Positions 1 to 13,400 of a DNA stretch of 64,000 nt are shown one piece after another. Under the pieces are notes generated by a model. The model saw only the letters and a program-made list of their open reading frames with translations. It did not search any database and was not told where the DNA came from. Every line of letters starts with the position of its first letter. Position 1 is the stretch's first letter. Origin of the DNA: Paraphysomonas bandaiensis (Eukaryota; Protista; Chrysophyceae); contig CBFFRP010000165.1 in assembly GCA_965644295.1 (NCBI GenBank), forward strand, positions 14,176-78,175, given 5' to 3'. The translations under genes and the position numbers were made by a program.

Positions 1-344
1 GTGCCGTGTAGTGGCGGATCACAAAATGCTGCAGGAGTACAAAATGAAAATTACCAAGACCATATCCAGATGTGGACATGGGGGACACACTGATGTGAGT
101 TTATCTTGCCTTCTAATTAACATTCGTGACTATTTTCATGCAGGTCTGTCATGGCTATGGTAAGATGAAGGAGTACACATGCACTCAACTTTTAAAGCTT
201 TCTCGCAACCAATGTGATTCGATGACCTACTCGAACGGTGAGTGTTATCTGCATAACGAAGCCAGATCGGATTTTTGGGATGGTGACTGCAGCAATAAGC
301 TGGGTTTTTGGGCACGTCCCAGCGAAAGCCGTAGACGATCATAG
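1..344 (+). CDS. 3' end of a cysteine-rich protein gene (partial; PAN/apple-like C-terminal motif), intron 95-143
   Basis: GTGAGT...CATGCAG intron joins ...CGHGGHTD to VCHGYGKM...CDSMTYSNGECYLH...RRRS*. The Cys spacing loosely resembles PAN/apple modules. Confidence 0.45.
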
Positions 345-1076
345 TATTCTACAGCTTTATTTCTGCATAGTTAGTTATAGTTGGGTGTTAGATAGCTGTT
401 GAGATGACTCGTATCGTAATTCCTTACGAAAATCTCAGATGTCTCCTGATAGAGTCCTTGTTGCAATCACGTTGTTATATAGTAATAAATTATGCTTTCT
501 CACTATAACCAAGTCACCCATTTGAATGACAAGGGTTTGTTGGCAAGATATCAGCTAGAATAATTAGTTGAAATTTAAAATCCTATAATTTATGAATGTA
601 TATACACGTGACTGCAATAAGGGTACTAACGTTATAACACTCCTTTCGATTATGTGTAACTTTCAATCTGCTTGTGATCACACTGGCCTTTCGAAATTAC
701 ATTTGCTAATTTTTACTACTCTACACAATAACGGATATCGAAGTTATAAATTTTACTTCAAAGTTAGCAAAAGGCTAGAAAACATTCATTGCTTTTGTGG
801 AACATGATAATACACAATACAAGCATGCATAATTCTTACACATAGAAAAGCAGCATATCCACCACACTAACATTGTTTCCTCATAAAGCATAGCACATGT
901 AATAATGAAATATGTTAAGCCCTGAATATTGGATTTCATACTGCACTTCGTCACAACAATGGAGTCAAATTAATATTACTGAGGGAAGATAAAATCATTT
1001 GGACTACTCAGGGTTGATACACATCTATCAAATGCTCTCAGTACAACTATCTATATGTAAATGAAATAGACACTTT

Positions 1077-3540
1077 TCATTTTCTTTGTTGTGTACTATT
1101 CTGAGAGGGCTCTTGTTGTCTAATAAATTGTAGGTTTAATTCCTGTAGCCACCCGATATCCATAACCGATATACACCTCATGTAGTGCTTAGTCGTCACC
1201 AAAATTTCTGCAAATACCACATGTCTTGGTAGTTTTGATCCTCTTGCAAAGAGAGCTGATGAAGGATGTACATAAACGTCTTGGCCACCACTCACAGTGC
1301 GGTATGGGGCGTGGGACGTCATCTGTTGTCCCTTAGCGTTGAAGCTCTTTCCACGTAACCCTTTGCCAGTGTTTGCTTGCGAATCGATTGCACTGACCGC
1401 ACATGCAATGTTGGTGGAAAGGCCTTTGGCGATACACTTCAATAATGGGTCTCTCTCTGGCAGACAGGAAGGTGTCGGATCGATACCCATTGACTGCAAC
1501 AGTTGGGATATCTGACCCCGCACAGAGGCTGCATGCGTCATTGCCCTGTGATTTATGAAGCTCCGCGCTGACCAGCCTCTACTTTTTCCAGACTGTGTAT
1601 ATGTGATTAATACGGAATAACATCTCAGCACAAATACAAATCACCTTGCTCCAGGCTTCATAGATGTTTATTAGAGTAACAAAATCACCGTCACGGGAGG
1701 CAAAATGTCTGTGAATCTGTCCAGCAGTCTACATAATGTACATGTCGTGATTCGTGAAATCGAAGAGTTTTATAGTCACCATACCTTTTTCTGGTCCTCT
1801 CTATGGGGCTGCACATACACATTATCAGTTGACAGCATTGCCACGGCGGTGAGTGCTTCTGACATGCATCTGTGGAGCATCAGTTGCAAGAATACTTTAC
1901 CAAAGCACTACTCACCCGAAATCACGGGCACAGAGCAGCAGATGTGCGTAGGAAGGCTCCAGAGGGATCTTGGCCATTGTTCTTCCGTGGTCCGAGAGAG
2001 TTTTCTCCTGCAATTATTAGTAAGTTCCAATGCATCGCGTAAGAATAATTTCGTACTCTCGTTAGGGCGCCGAGATGTAGAAGTTGAGTGAGGGCCTTGT
2101 GAAGTGCTTGCTTCGAGGGTGGCGATGGGTAAGGAAATGCAAGTGGGTTCTCTACACCTATGGCGAATAGCTGAAGTATGACTTGAGCAACCCCCACCCG
2201 CTGGATCTCAGGAACAGCCGACTCCTGCAGGCTATCAAAAGCCTCCTCAGTAAACAAGCGAAAGCACTTCCCTTCGCATTCTCTACCAGCTCTACCAGCT
2301 CGCTGGTTGGCTTGAGACTGAGAGACTGGCATTACCTGTAGCATATCCGCACCAGTGTAGGGATGCATGCAGCGACTCTTCATTTTTCCGGGGTCTACTA
2401 CATAGCGAATACCACTAATAGTTACAGAGGTTTCAGCAATGTTCGTCGCCAGTACAAATTTTCTCGTGCCAGCAGGAGCCGGTTGAAAGGCGCGCATCTG
2501 TTCGTCACTGGAGAGAGCAGCGTATAGGGGATGCAAAGCGTACTGTGGTAGTATTCGGCCGGTAGAGGCCGTATCCGTCTGAAGGAGTTGAAGATGCTGC
2601 TCCAGTAGCAAATGTAGACTCTCAATATCCTCCTGCCCAGGCAGGAAAACAAGAACGCCCCCAGACCCTTCCTCCTCTTCGTGAATCTAGTATCAATGCA
2701 ATAAGTAAGCAACCAGTTTCAGGAAGAAATAGCGGACCTGCAAACATGTAAGCAGGGCTGCCTCGATAATGTCTTGCTCCGGCTGGGTCGTGTAAAGAAT
2801 CTGCACAGGAAACTGCCTCCCACTTATCTTTACCATAGTACTTTGCTGCAAATAAAAACTATCAGAAGACATCACATAAAGTAGTCGACTTTACTTTAAA
2901 GTATTCCATAAATAATTTAACCTCTAGAGTGGCAGACATAACGACTATTCTGAAAGATCAAACATTTAAAGGTATTCGTAACTACGTATCGTAAACATAC
3001 CGCAGCTCTGGTCTATTCTCCTGCAGTCTCCGCAACAAACCAATCAATATATCTGTTTGAAGCGACCTCTCATGTGCTTCATCAAGAATAACACAACTAT
3101 ATTTCGATAAAGTCGTATCGGTCATAATCTCTCGTAGTAGTACACCATCCGTAACATATTTAATACGTGTTTTATGACTGGTTTTATCATCGAATCGTAT
3201 GGAGTATCCCACCTCCTCTCCCAGGACACATCCACGCTCAAGAGCAACCCTCTCTGCGATAGTAACAGCTGCTACACGACGTGGTTGTGTACATACAACA
3301 CAACCAGATGAAAATAATCCTACAAGAAACTGTGGTAACTGTGTACTCTTCCTGTTGACAGATGAGACACATCGACAGAGACATGATGACATACCCACAG
3401 CCAGTTTCACCACATACGATTGTAGTTTGATAGCGGCGTATGTTTTCTTTTAGTTCTGCTTTATGTGTAAATATGGGCAGAGATGTGTCTCTACTTATAG
3501 AGGGAGTCACCTCATCTCGCCTACGCTTCTTATGGGGCAT
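1077..3540 (-). CDS. DEAH-box RNA helicase, DHX33/Dhr2-like (multi-exon)
   Basis: Motifs across exons: GETGCG|[55 protein letters not shown], then HA2/OB-fold tail ([10 protein letters not shown]). Start MPHKKRRR at 3540. Confidence 0.9.
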
Positions 3541-4216
3541 TATGTATGTATGTATGTGTGTATGTATGTGTGTATATGTAGTGAAGTGAAGTGAAGTGAT
3601 ATGAAGTGAATCTTCACTTAATGAAGTTGAAGTCAAAGGTAACTGTGTATTGATATGGTGAGAAGAAGTCATACCATACCAGTGTCTTTGTACATGCACA
3701 GTGGCCATTGAGAGGCAGTCCTCTCCAAGGCAAGCACGTACACTCACTCCATACACACTTCATGCCCTTGGCCAGACGTATTACTTATACTATTGGTATA
3801 CTGCAGTATACCATTGTATCAGTGATATACAATGTATTCAAGACGGTATAGTGTGAAGGGAATAAGGTAAGTTTTTGGATGCACATATTCGGGGATTTTA
3901 CCCAACTTAGTTAAAAAGTGCGGAAAAAAGTGAGAAAAAGTTTAAAAATAGACACTTTTAGTATTATTTTTTTGAAGGGAACAAGATCACATATCTAGAT
4001 ATGGAGTGATGTACTGTAGTTTGTGGTAAAGTATGAGGGTGTACGTAAACTAGTGGATACTGTGGACAACAATGAGGGATTAACCATCACGACTCTGACA
4101 TACATCGGAATGAGGGAAGAGTGATTATATCCACATATGACGTTAAGCAACACACTACAGATGATGAATTACCTCACCTCCATCACTATTAATGCACCTA
4201 TCACCCCTAATCTGTC

Positions 4217-6611
4217 ATGCTATCTCTCATCTCTCTTACAGGCCTTCATCTTGTCTTGTGGTGTCTCATACACTCAGTATATGCTGAGGAATCATCTACC
4301 ACAACCACCCTCACATATGTGTGTCATTCAGATGATACGCCTGAGCAAATCAACAACTATTGCTTCATAGATTCTGTTGTTGCTTATACAAAAAATGATA
4401 ATTTCCGCATCTTTTCAGGTGGCTGTCCAGGTAACAGTCCATAGCATGCTCTCTGATGTACTAACTTGCCGTATAGACACTGCAGTTACTGAACCAAGTG
4501 GGTGTAATATGACGGATTCGGAGTGTCCATCTCCGATGCTTCAGAAGTATGTTTTCTCATTACCTTTCAAACCCAGAGTTCGCCGAAGTGGCCCAAGTCC
4601 AATTCCGGTCATGCCTGTGAATGATGGAAGCAAAAAATTAGTTGTTGGACCTATTGGTGTGACTGTAAATGGTGTTCTAATGTACAGCCATGATGAGCAC
4701 TCACAGCTGAATGGGATAGATACGTGTGGAGGACAAACTGATCAGTTCTATAGATATCAGTACCATTATCCACCTATATGTTTAATGAACCAAATGCATG
4801 TCACAGTACCAGAGTCACCCTTAGAGTTCTTGGATGCCAATACTGTTGATGAACAGATTTTGCAATGGCCTGCAACAGGATCTCCGAGTCCCCTGCTCGG
4901 CTATGCGTTGGATGGGTTTCCAATCTTTGGTCCCTACAATTCCACAGGACAGCTTCAGGTTGCCGGTGAAGGAGAAGTCCTAGATGAGTGTAATTTTGAT
5001 TCCAGAACCAGGCGCTATCATATTACAGCCAATTCTCCATTCTTCCCTTCATGTCTTGTAGGTAAACCTGGTTCATTTGAGAGTATAGTAACACCCCAAG
5101 GAATGTGTTCCACTACTCCTCAAAGTCGTTTTTGTACTGGGTCTAGTTGTCGCCCAAATTACACTAAAGTGCCCTCTTCTACCCCTCGCTTTATAATGGA
5201 TGCAGTATGGACTGTGGTTCTAGTTATTGCATGCATTCTCTTATGCATTCTCCTCGCTACTTTTGCGTATCGCTTAGTATTCCCTTCCTCTTTCCTCTAC
5301 CCGTCCGAAAAAATCATTCTTTCGGTACTTCCAGCTCTTGTCATGCTTCTGGCGAGTCAGTCTGTGTTGAAGTTATTCTTTGGGCAGAGCCGAGATCAGT
5401 ATGACTATGATTTGGATATGGTCCCGATAGACACTTACCTCAATGAAGCCGTTGCTTCCTTTCTAACTGTTACTGGTGTTCTGTATTCACTGATTGTGTC
5501 TCAGCTTTTCACTTTGATCAATGAAAAATTTGTCAATATCCGTGACGCCCTTGGTGATGAGCTTGCTAGCTGCCGTCAAATAGTACTTTGTATTAAGGCT
5601 ATTCACCTGACTGATACAACTAGCAAGCAAGTTTCTCTAAAATTAAAAGCAGTGAAGGTAGTTGTATGGTATGTCACGCAGATAAGTAAGAAGTGGGGAC
5701 AACCCCTGACGGCTGAGGACAATTCATTGGATGTGTTATATGGACTTCTTCCACTTGTTTCTAAGCTTTGTGATGACACAGATCGGTCGTTCAACTATCA
5801 CGTTGCCGATCGAATTGTAGATTGTCTTAACGATCTCGCTAATGCGAAGTACCATAGGCTAGCACTGGAAGATCAGAGTGTACCATCGTATCTTTGGTAC
5901 CTTCAGTATTTACTTAGCACTGCCATGTTTTTAGGTGTGATGTTAATATACACTGGCTCGCAGCTGCTGAATGAAATCATGTGTTTCGTGGTTGCTCTTT
6001 TGGTTGGCATGATTGCGATGATTGTAACAGATATGGATATGCCTTACGATGGACTGATCAACTTATCGCAGGACCCAGTGTATGAACTTATCAACAACTT
6101 GGCAGGGTCTCAAAATGTTGCAACTCTATCAACCAACCTTGACAAGAAAAACAGTCGCTTCTTTAAAACTGATCTTGGGAGAATTAGCTCGGGGACTATG
6201 TCCAAAGCAGATATGGTGTCATCCAGAAGAATCTCCATGAACGAGCGTCGCTCGTCGCTATCGTCTCTTAATGACATGTTGAGTACGAAACTGAGCTCTA
6301 AAATGGGGGGCTCAAGTCGAATGGGATCTGTCAAGTTTAATATTCCAGACATCTCTCAAGTAATTTCTCCGGCCTACCGGCATTACAACACTACGGCTGA
6401 CTGCAATGAAGAAAATATTGACACTCCTCCTATTCACCCAGAAGATGGCTATGAAGTCGCCGAAAAGGATTATGAAATGAATAACCTCTCTTCCGTCTCA
6501 GACTCAATTCGTAGTGTTAGTTCTAATGGTGGGAGCGAAACTAGGTCTTTGAGGTCGAGTGCGAAAGTATACTGCGAAGAAAACACAGATGGACTTGTTG
6601 ACATTGTGTAA
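4217..6611 (+). CDS. Signal peptide + YHYH domain + DUF4239/bestrophin-like multi-TM domain + Ser-rich tail; intron 4431-4476
   Basis: Signal peptide MLSLISLTGLHLVLWCLIHSVYA. YHYH motifs: GPIGVTVNGV, DTCGGQ..YQYHY, SPLLGYALDGFPIFGPY, LDECN, RYHIT. TM region with GVLYSLIVS and IVTDMDMPYDG (DUF4239-like D-x-D-x-P-F/Y-x-G). The intron joins GCP to DTAVT in frame. Confidence 0.7.
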
Positions 6612-7317
6612 ATATTATGACGGTTAGGCGGAGTGCCAGTGACGGTGCCATTCAATGTATTTGTGATTCCACACTGTATGTGTAGATGTTCTTCAAACGT
6701 TTACAGCGATAAGACTAATCTTATTTACAATCTAATTCTAACACCCGTTACAGTTGTACGGTAATACGATGTCCTTCAGTCTTAGAACACTATTGACGCA
6801 TAAACTATTTAAGTACATATCTGTCATCTGTCACTTGAATTCTTAGATATAGCATTTCATAAGAAAAAAGATTACATGTTGACATGCAACAGCGACAAAC
6901 GCGTGATTGTAAGTGCAGCAGCTCAGCTAAAAATATACCACTATATGTATAATGTGATAGGAAGATAGTAGACTGATAAGGATACAATAGAAATTGAAAT
7001 ATGCAATATCAACAGACTTAAATTGCTAACGAATAAGGGTAATTCAGCAGAAGTTTGCAGTTTATTCCTCGGACAACTTGTGACATACCCGGACATCTAT
7101 ATTTCCTATCCCTTCAATAATTGTGAAATGTAATCAGCTCACGAAAATACGTAGAACTAATATTAGCCTATTATGAATAAGTAGCGTTAATATTACCATT
7201 CTCGAGCGAACAAACAACTCCGATGAAAAATATCATAAGCAATTCCAGCATACATCCTAGCGTCACAAACACATTACTCGTCAGTACAACGCTACATGCT
7301 ATCAATACCATGAACAA

Positions 7318-8743
7318 CTATAATCTATTTAACTTCGTTCCACTCCTACGTCTCTTACTGCTGTGTGGATGCAACCACAAGTCCCGCTCATTTTCATTCA
7401 AATAGCTTCGGGGTGGAAAAGGCGTATGCTTACCCGCATATATACTGTATCCCACCCTCATTGCGATAGCATCTTCACCAGCGAGCATAACATAGTAGCC
7501 GTGCTGCTCTAAAAATTCGATTACTGAGTCAGCTGTACCTGAATCCTCGACCTCGTAATTGCTAGTATAATTCCGCATGACCTAAGGATATGATCAACAT
7601 ATGTTAATTCGTGTAGCGCTATATTTTTGTAATATAACCTTGTCTTCGTATATAATGACAGCAGGCCAGAGCTCTGGACACAGTGTGTTTAATGCACTTC
7701 GTACTATATCACCATCTAACCCCTCCACATCCACCAGTAGAAGGTCAATCCGCGTACTATGGATGTGGCCGTGATGGAGAGAACTACTCCTACTGCTGAG
7801 GTTGCTGGACTGTTTGCCGCTGCTTGACAAACACCAAACTCCAACATGTTGACCGCTGTATGTCTGAATATATTTGGTAGCAATGTTAAGTTGTCATTGT
7901 TCCTAAAGATTCACTGACCTCAATGCGCGTATCTAACTTACTAGTTTCGTGATGCACATCGTACCCTCCTAACTTCAATACCTGTCCAAGGGTCACACAT
8001 GGTACTCTCTCTTCCAAAACACAGTAGGTATAATTATCTCCAAATAATTTCACATAAGCCTCCTTTCGCATACCACTTATTTGCTTGTACCACGTGCGCT
8101 TGAAGGCGCATTTCTTATGTTCGGTGTTAACCTTGTAAAATGAACAAAACCCATCGGAACTAATTGACAACGGGTCACTAACCGCAGCAGAAATAAAATG
8201 CAACTGCTCTAATTGTAAATCGGTATAATTTTGAACATCTTGATAAGTACTGTTCAATGAAGACATAAACGCTGGCTCAACGAGTGTGCCACGCCACTTA
8301 GCGAGAGAGTATGCCTCCCACTGGCCCCTCTCAGGTTTGCTTCTAGGAACATGGGGTCGGATGACAGCTTTAAAGAACGGATCATTTGATATACCATCCA
8401 GACATCCAATCTGAATGGTATTAAAGAATTCATTACGATTAGTCCGAATATAATGAAGTCGTCTTATTAATGAAACAACAGCATTCTGTATACGACACTC
8501 TTCATAGCCAGACAGACCGCTTTCATTATAACTTAAACAGTGAAGATACCGTGATTCCCATTCAGAGATAAACTGAACTAATGTTTGATGTAGTGGATAG
8601 TCTGTATAGATGGCTGGTGAGGGGCGATGTGTGTGATATGAGGGAGCAGTTGATGTGTTATGGTATCTTAAGATAACTATAGATAAATAGAAACTAACAG
8701 ATAATAAGAGGGTGAAGACTACACTGGTCAGACCTATCTTCAT
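7318..8743 (-). CDS. FkbM-family SAM-dependent methyltransferase, type II membrane protein (multi-exon)
   Basis: N-terminal TM; IQIGCLDGISNDP, WRGTLVEP, AAVSD, VPCVTL, IDLLLVDVEGLD, PAVIIYE. Confidence 0.75.
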
Positions 8744-8871
8744 AGGGAAGAGAGGAATGAGAGGTTGAGTGGAGGTTGATTAGAGGAGGAACATGCATGA
8801 TGAGAGAGATGGGCGGCTTATGATAGATACGCACTATCATATACAGCAGTGTACAGTGTACAGTGTAGGAC

Positions 8872-9122
8872 GTATGTATGTATGTATGTATGTATGTATG
8901 TATGTATGTATGTATGTATGTATGTATGTATGTATGTATGTATGTATGTATGTATGTATGTATGTATGTATGTATGTATGTATGTATGTATGTATGTATG
9001 TATGTATGTATGTATGTATGTATGTATGTATGTATGTATGTATGTATGTATGTATGTATGTATGTATGTATGTATGTATGTATGTATGTATGTATGTATG
9101 TATGTATGTATGTATGTATGTA

Positions 9123-9158
<36 letters not shown>

Positions 9159-9230
9159 TGTATGTATGTATGTATGCATGTATGTATGTATGTATGTATG
9201 TATGTATGTATGTATGTATGTATGTATGTA

Positions 9231-9266
<36 letters not shown>

Positions 9267-9562
9267 TGTATGTATGTATGTATGTATGTATGTATGTATG
9301 TATGTATGTATGTATGTATGTATGTATGTATGTATGTATGTATGTATGTATGTATGTATGTATGTATGTATGTATGTATGTATGTATGTATGTATGTATG
9401 TATGTATGTATGTATGTATGTATGTATGTATGTGTGTATGTATGTATGTATGTATGTATGTATGTATGTATGTATGTATGTATGTATGTATGTATGTATG
9501 TATGTATGTATGTATGTATGTATGTATGTATGTATGTATGTATGTATGTATGTATGTATGTA

Positions 9563-9598
<36 letters not shown>

Positions 9599-9806
9599 TG
9601 TATGTATGTATGTATGTATGTATGTATGTATGTATGTATGTATGTATGTATGTATGTATGTATGTATGTATGTATGTATGTATGTATGTATGTATGTATG
9701 TATGTATGTATGTATGTATGTATGTATGTATGTATGTATGTATGTATGTATGTATGTATGTATGTATGTATGTATGTATGTATGTATGTATGTATGTATG
9801 TATGTA

Positions 9807-9842
<36 letters not shown>

Positions 9843-10138
9843 TGTATGTATGTATGTATGTATGTATGTATGTATGTATGTATGTATGTATGTATGTATG
9901 TATGTATGTATGTATGTATGTATGTATGTATGTATGTATGTATGTATGTATGTATGTATGTATGTATGTATGTATGTATGTATGTATGTATGTATGTATG
10001 TATGTATGTATGTATGTGTGTATGTATGTATGTATGTATGTATGTATGTATGTATGTATGTATGTATGTATGTATGTATGTATGTATGTATGTATGTATG
10101 TATGTATGTATGTATGTATGTATGTATGTATGTATGTA

Positions 10139-10174
<36 letters not shown>

Positions 10175-10312
10175 TGTATGTATGTATGTATGTATGTATG
10201 TATGTATGTATGTATGTATGTATGTATGTATGTATGTATGTATGTATGTATGTATGTATGTATGTATGTATGTATGTATGTATGTATGTATGTATGTATG
10301 TATGTATGTATG
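8872..10312. repeat. (TATG)n tetranucleotide tract, ~1.44 kb
   Basis: Seen directly; nearly perfect with a few TATA/TGTG/CATG variant units. Confidence 0.99.
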
Positions 10313-10437
10313 TGTGTATCGATGGTTCTATTTGTGGAAGGTATTTCATCATAGCGGAGGATTAGCTCGCAGTGGTCTTGATATGTACATCATCTAGTAT
10401 ATCACACTGTCATTTCTCTGTATTGTCACCAAATAGC

Positions 10438-13400
10438 ATGCACCCACTCCTCAAACTCCTCCAGAGACAGCTCTACTCTTTTCTGGGCAGCTGGTTGGGT
10501 TGCTGTATAGTTATATGCGGGATATTCGCTGTCGTTATCGTATCTATCAACTCATTCGCTGGAAATCACTATAAGTAAGTACATTATATATAGAAATACA
10601 CTGTATTCATGTTTACAGACTCAGAGGCCCTCAAAGATACGAAACTGATATTGACTTCAGTGACAATATCGGCAATATAAACTTAGAGAGATATTTAGCT
10701 TATGGACCTATAGATGCGGTGTATTCATGGGTTAACGGATCAGATCCTGTGTGGGCTGCTAAGAAGTCATACTGGGCAGCGAGGAGGTTTACCACGAATA
10801 TGTCCTCATCTTACAACCACACAAATTCAGATGATACCATCTCACATAATAGATTTCGTGACAGTGAAGAATTAAGATATTCTCTTCGTTCTCTTGAGAA
10901 AAATGCACCATGGCTTCGTCATGTGTATATTGTCACTGACAACCAGATCCCGTATTGGCTGAATGTGGAGAATAAACGTATTCGAGTTATATCTCATGCT
11001 GATATATTTCCAAACAAAAGCGACCTTCCAGTATTTAGCTCCCCAGCAATAGAATCTCATTTACATAGAATACCTGGTCTGTCCAAGAAATTTATATATT
11101 TTAATGATGATGTATTTCTGGGTGCCCCTACTTTGCCGGAGGATTTCTACTCGCTATCAGGAGCGCAACGACTATATACCGCATGGGATGTACCTAAGTG
11201 TGCCCCGGGATGCAGCGATAGCTGGATTGGAGATGGATACTGCGATAAAGCATGCAACGTCAGCGCATGCAACTTTGATTTTCCAGATTGTGTTAATGCC
11301 ACGACCACTAGCAGTCGCGGTGCTCGAGGCAGTGCTATGAATAGTAATAATAAAGAGTCCTTCTTCTGCGCTGCTGGATGCCCCGACTCCTGGTTAGGAG
11401 ACAAGGTGTGTGACGCCAAATGCAAAAGTGCACAGTGCGGATGGGACGCAGGAGATTGTGGTGTTGAGCTAGTTGTTGAAGACTTCGGTGGGACTACTCT
11501 ACTGACTAGGGGTGGTTGGAATGTTAGTGTGCTTAAACAGCATGGCCATGAGTCCCTGCGGGTAGGAGACTGGTCTGGGACGCCAACTCTATCCTCTGAG
11601 GAAGAGTACATTCCAGTTGCAGCCAGCGTCCCATATGGCTCATATGCCGCTTATTTTAACCTTTCCTATTTTCCGTGTGAGGCGTTGTCTTTCCACTCAC
11701 AGCCTGTTGCTGGTTTTAACTCGGCCCGTTACAGCTATTCGGCAGCATTCTCTCCAACATGTGATGAAAGTAACATAGTATCCCCTTTCGGACCTTTAGG
11801 CGGAGGATCGGCATATGCTCGCACCAGAAGTAGCGAGGTTCCAAAGTGGACGAATTTCAGCTATGTTTCCGTGGAATATAGTGTTGCCTTCTCTGGTTTG
11901 CACAACGCTACTAGTTCTGGAAGTAATGGTTCGAATACTGACCCACCTCCTCTGGTTTCTTATTCCGCCTTGTTGTTGAAGCACAACATGCTCATTGTTT
12001 TGCTTCGGGGACACGACAGTGAGTTTGCTCCGTTAGATTCCCTGTCTCCCCCTACTCAACCAGTGGATATTCGGTTTACTGTGAAGGGGTACAATGTTCT
12101 CACGGGAATAAATGTAACGGCCCTCTTTGCGTTGCGAATCACCCCTCCAGAGCCACCGAAACCTGATCTTTCTATCCCAAAAGGCATGAAAGCCATCGAA
12201 GGGTACACAGCATCATGCATCGACATGCAAGCCGCTGAAGATAATAGTGCTGCAGGAATAGTTTACGTCGATAAAACTGCACACTTGAAGCAACCATTCC
12301 GTGTGAAAGCTGTGCGCCGTGATTCGCGCCTCTTTTCAAATGACTCTGCTCATTGGAATCAAGGGATTGTGTTGTCAGTGGCTGCCTTGCCGTTATCTTA
12401 CTCAATGTTTAGTATGAATATATCACAAGTGCGTGCACTTTCCACTGTAACTTTGCTCAATGGAACACGATTGGTTCATGAAGCTCCGCTGTGCGAGGTA
12501 CTCGCCAAAGTTGACCACTCAACAAATGGAAGAGTGGTGCACCGAACACACCTCAAGGAACGCCACGTATGTGACCCTTCTGTAAAGTTTGGGGAAGTAA
12601 TGAACCCTTCTGGCCAGCAGCTTCTTGATGACAAAAACGAACCTGTTCTTATACTGTTACATGTTCCAATCCAGTGGCACTTAGCTCCGACGAATGACAG
12701 CGGGGTCGGCCACTACCTTTACGCTAAGTTAGAACTTTTTGCGGATGATAGTGATAGTCTTAATTCTGACCAAGCAACTAGAGATAGGGTGATGTGTGTT
12801 GGAGGGCTGTACAGATGGGGAGAGAATCGCGCCTTGCAGACAAGGAATATCTCACTTATTCATTCGAATAATACTGTCGCTTTGAATGTCTCAAATGAAA
12901 CTAGTAGCATAAACGCAACGAATGATGTTACCTCTAAGAAAAATGAAACAAAGAAAATAGGTGATAGTGTTACTGATGAACCTCCCAAAGTGGATACTTA
13001 CGCGTCCTCTTTGCGTCATGTGAATCAGTTGTATCACGAGGTGCGAGTGTTTTTTACAGTCAATACGATATCTAACACGTTGAATGCAGGCATTCGGTGC
13101 GGAAAATAGAAAAGTACCTGCACATATGCCCCACATGATAGACAAGTAGGTAACAACGTTGCAAAAGTAGCTTGGTTATTGTGTTGTGTAGAGATGTTAT
13201 GGAAGAGATGCAACAACGGTGGAAGGACGAGTGGGTTAAGACCTCCAAGCATCGCTTCAGGTAGAACTGTATTGTGCTCATTCTGATCTTACCTCATCGT
13301 ATATTGTCTAGGTCTCCGACTGATATGCAGTATGCCTTTGCATACTACTATTATGTCATCAATCGTAATAAAGCAATGTGAGTATTAGAGTTGTGTACTA

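Noticed and set aside
8694-10397. 500-aa MYVC/HTYI ORFs (also at 46164-47246)
   Set aside because: The TATG repeat has no stop codon in any frame, so these are translation artefacts.
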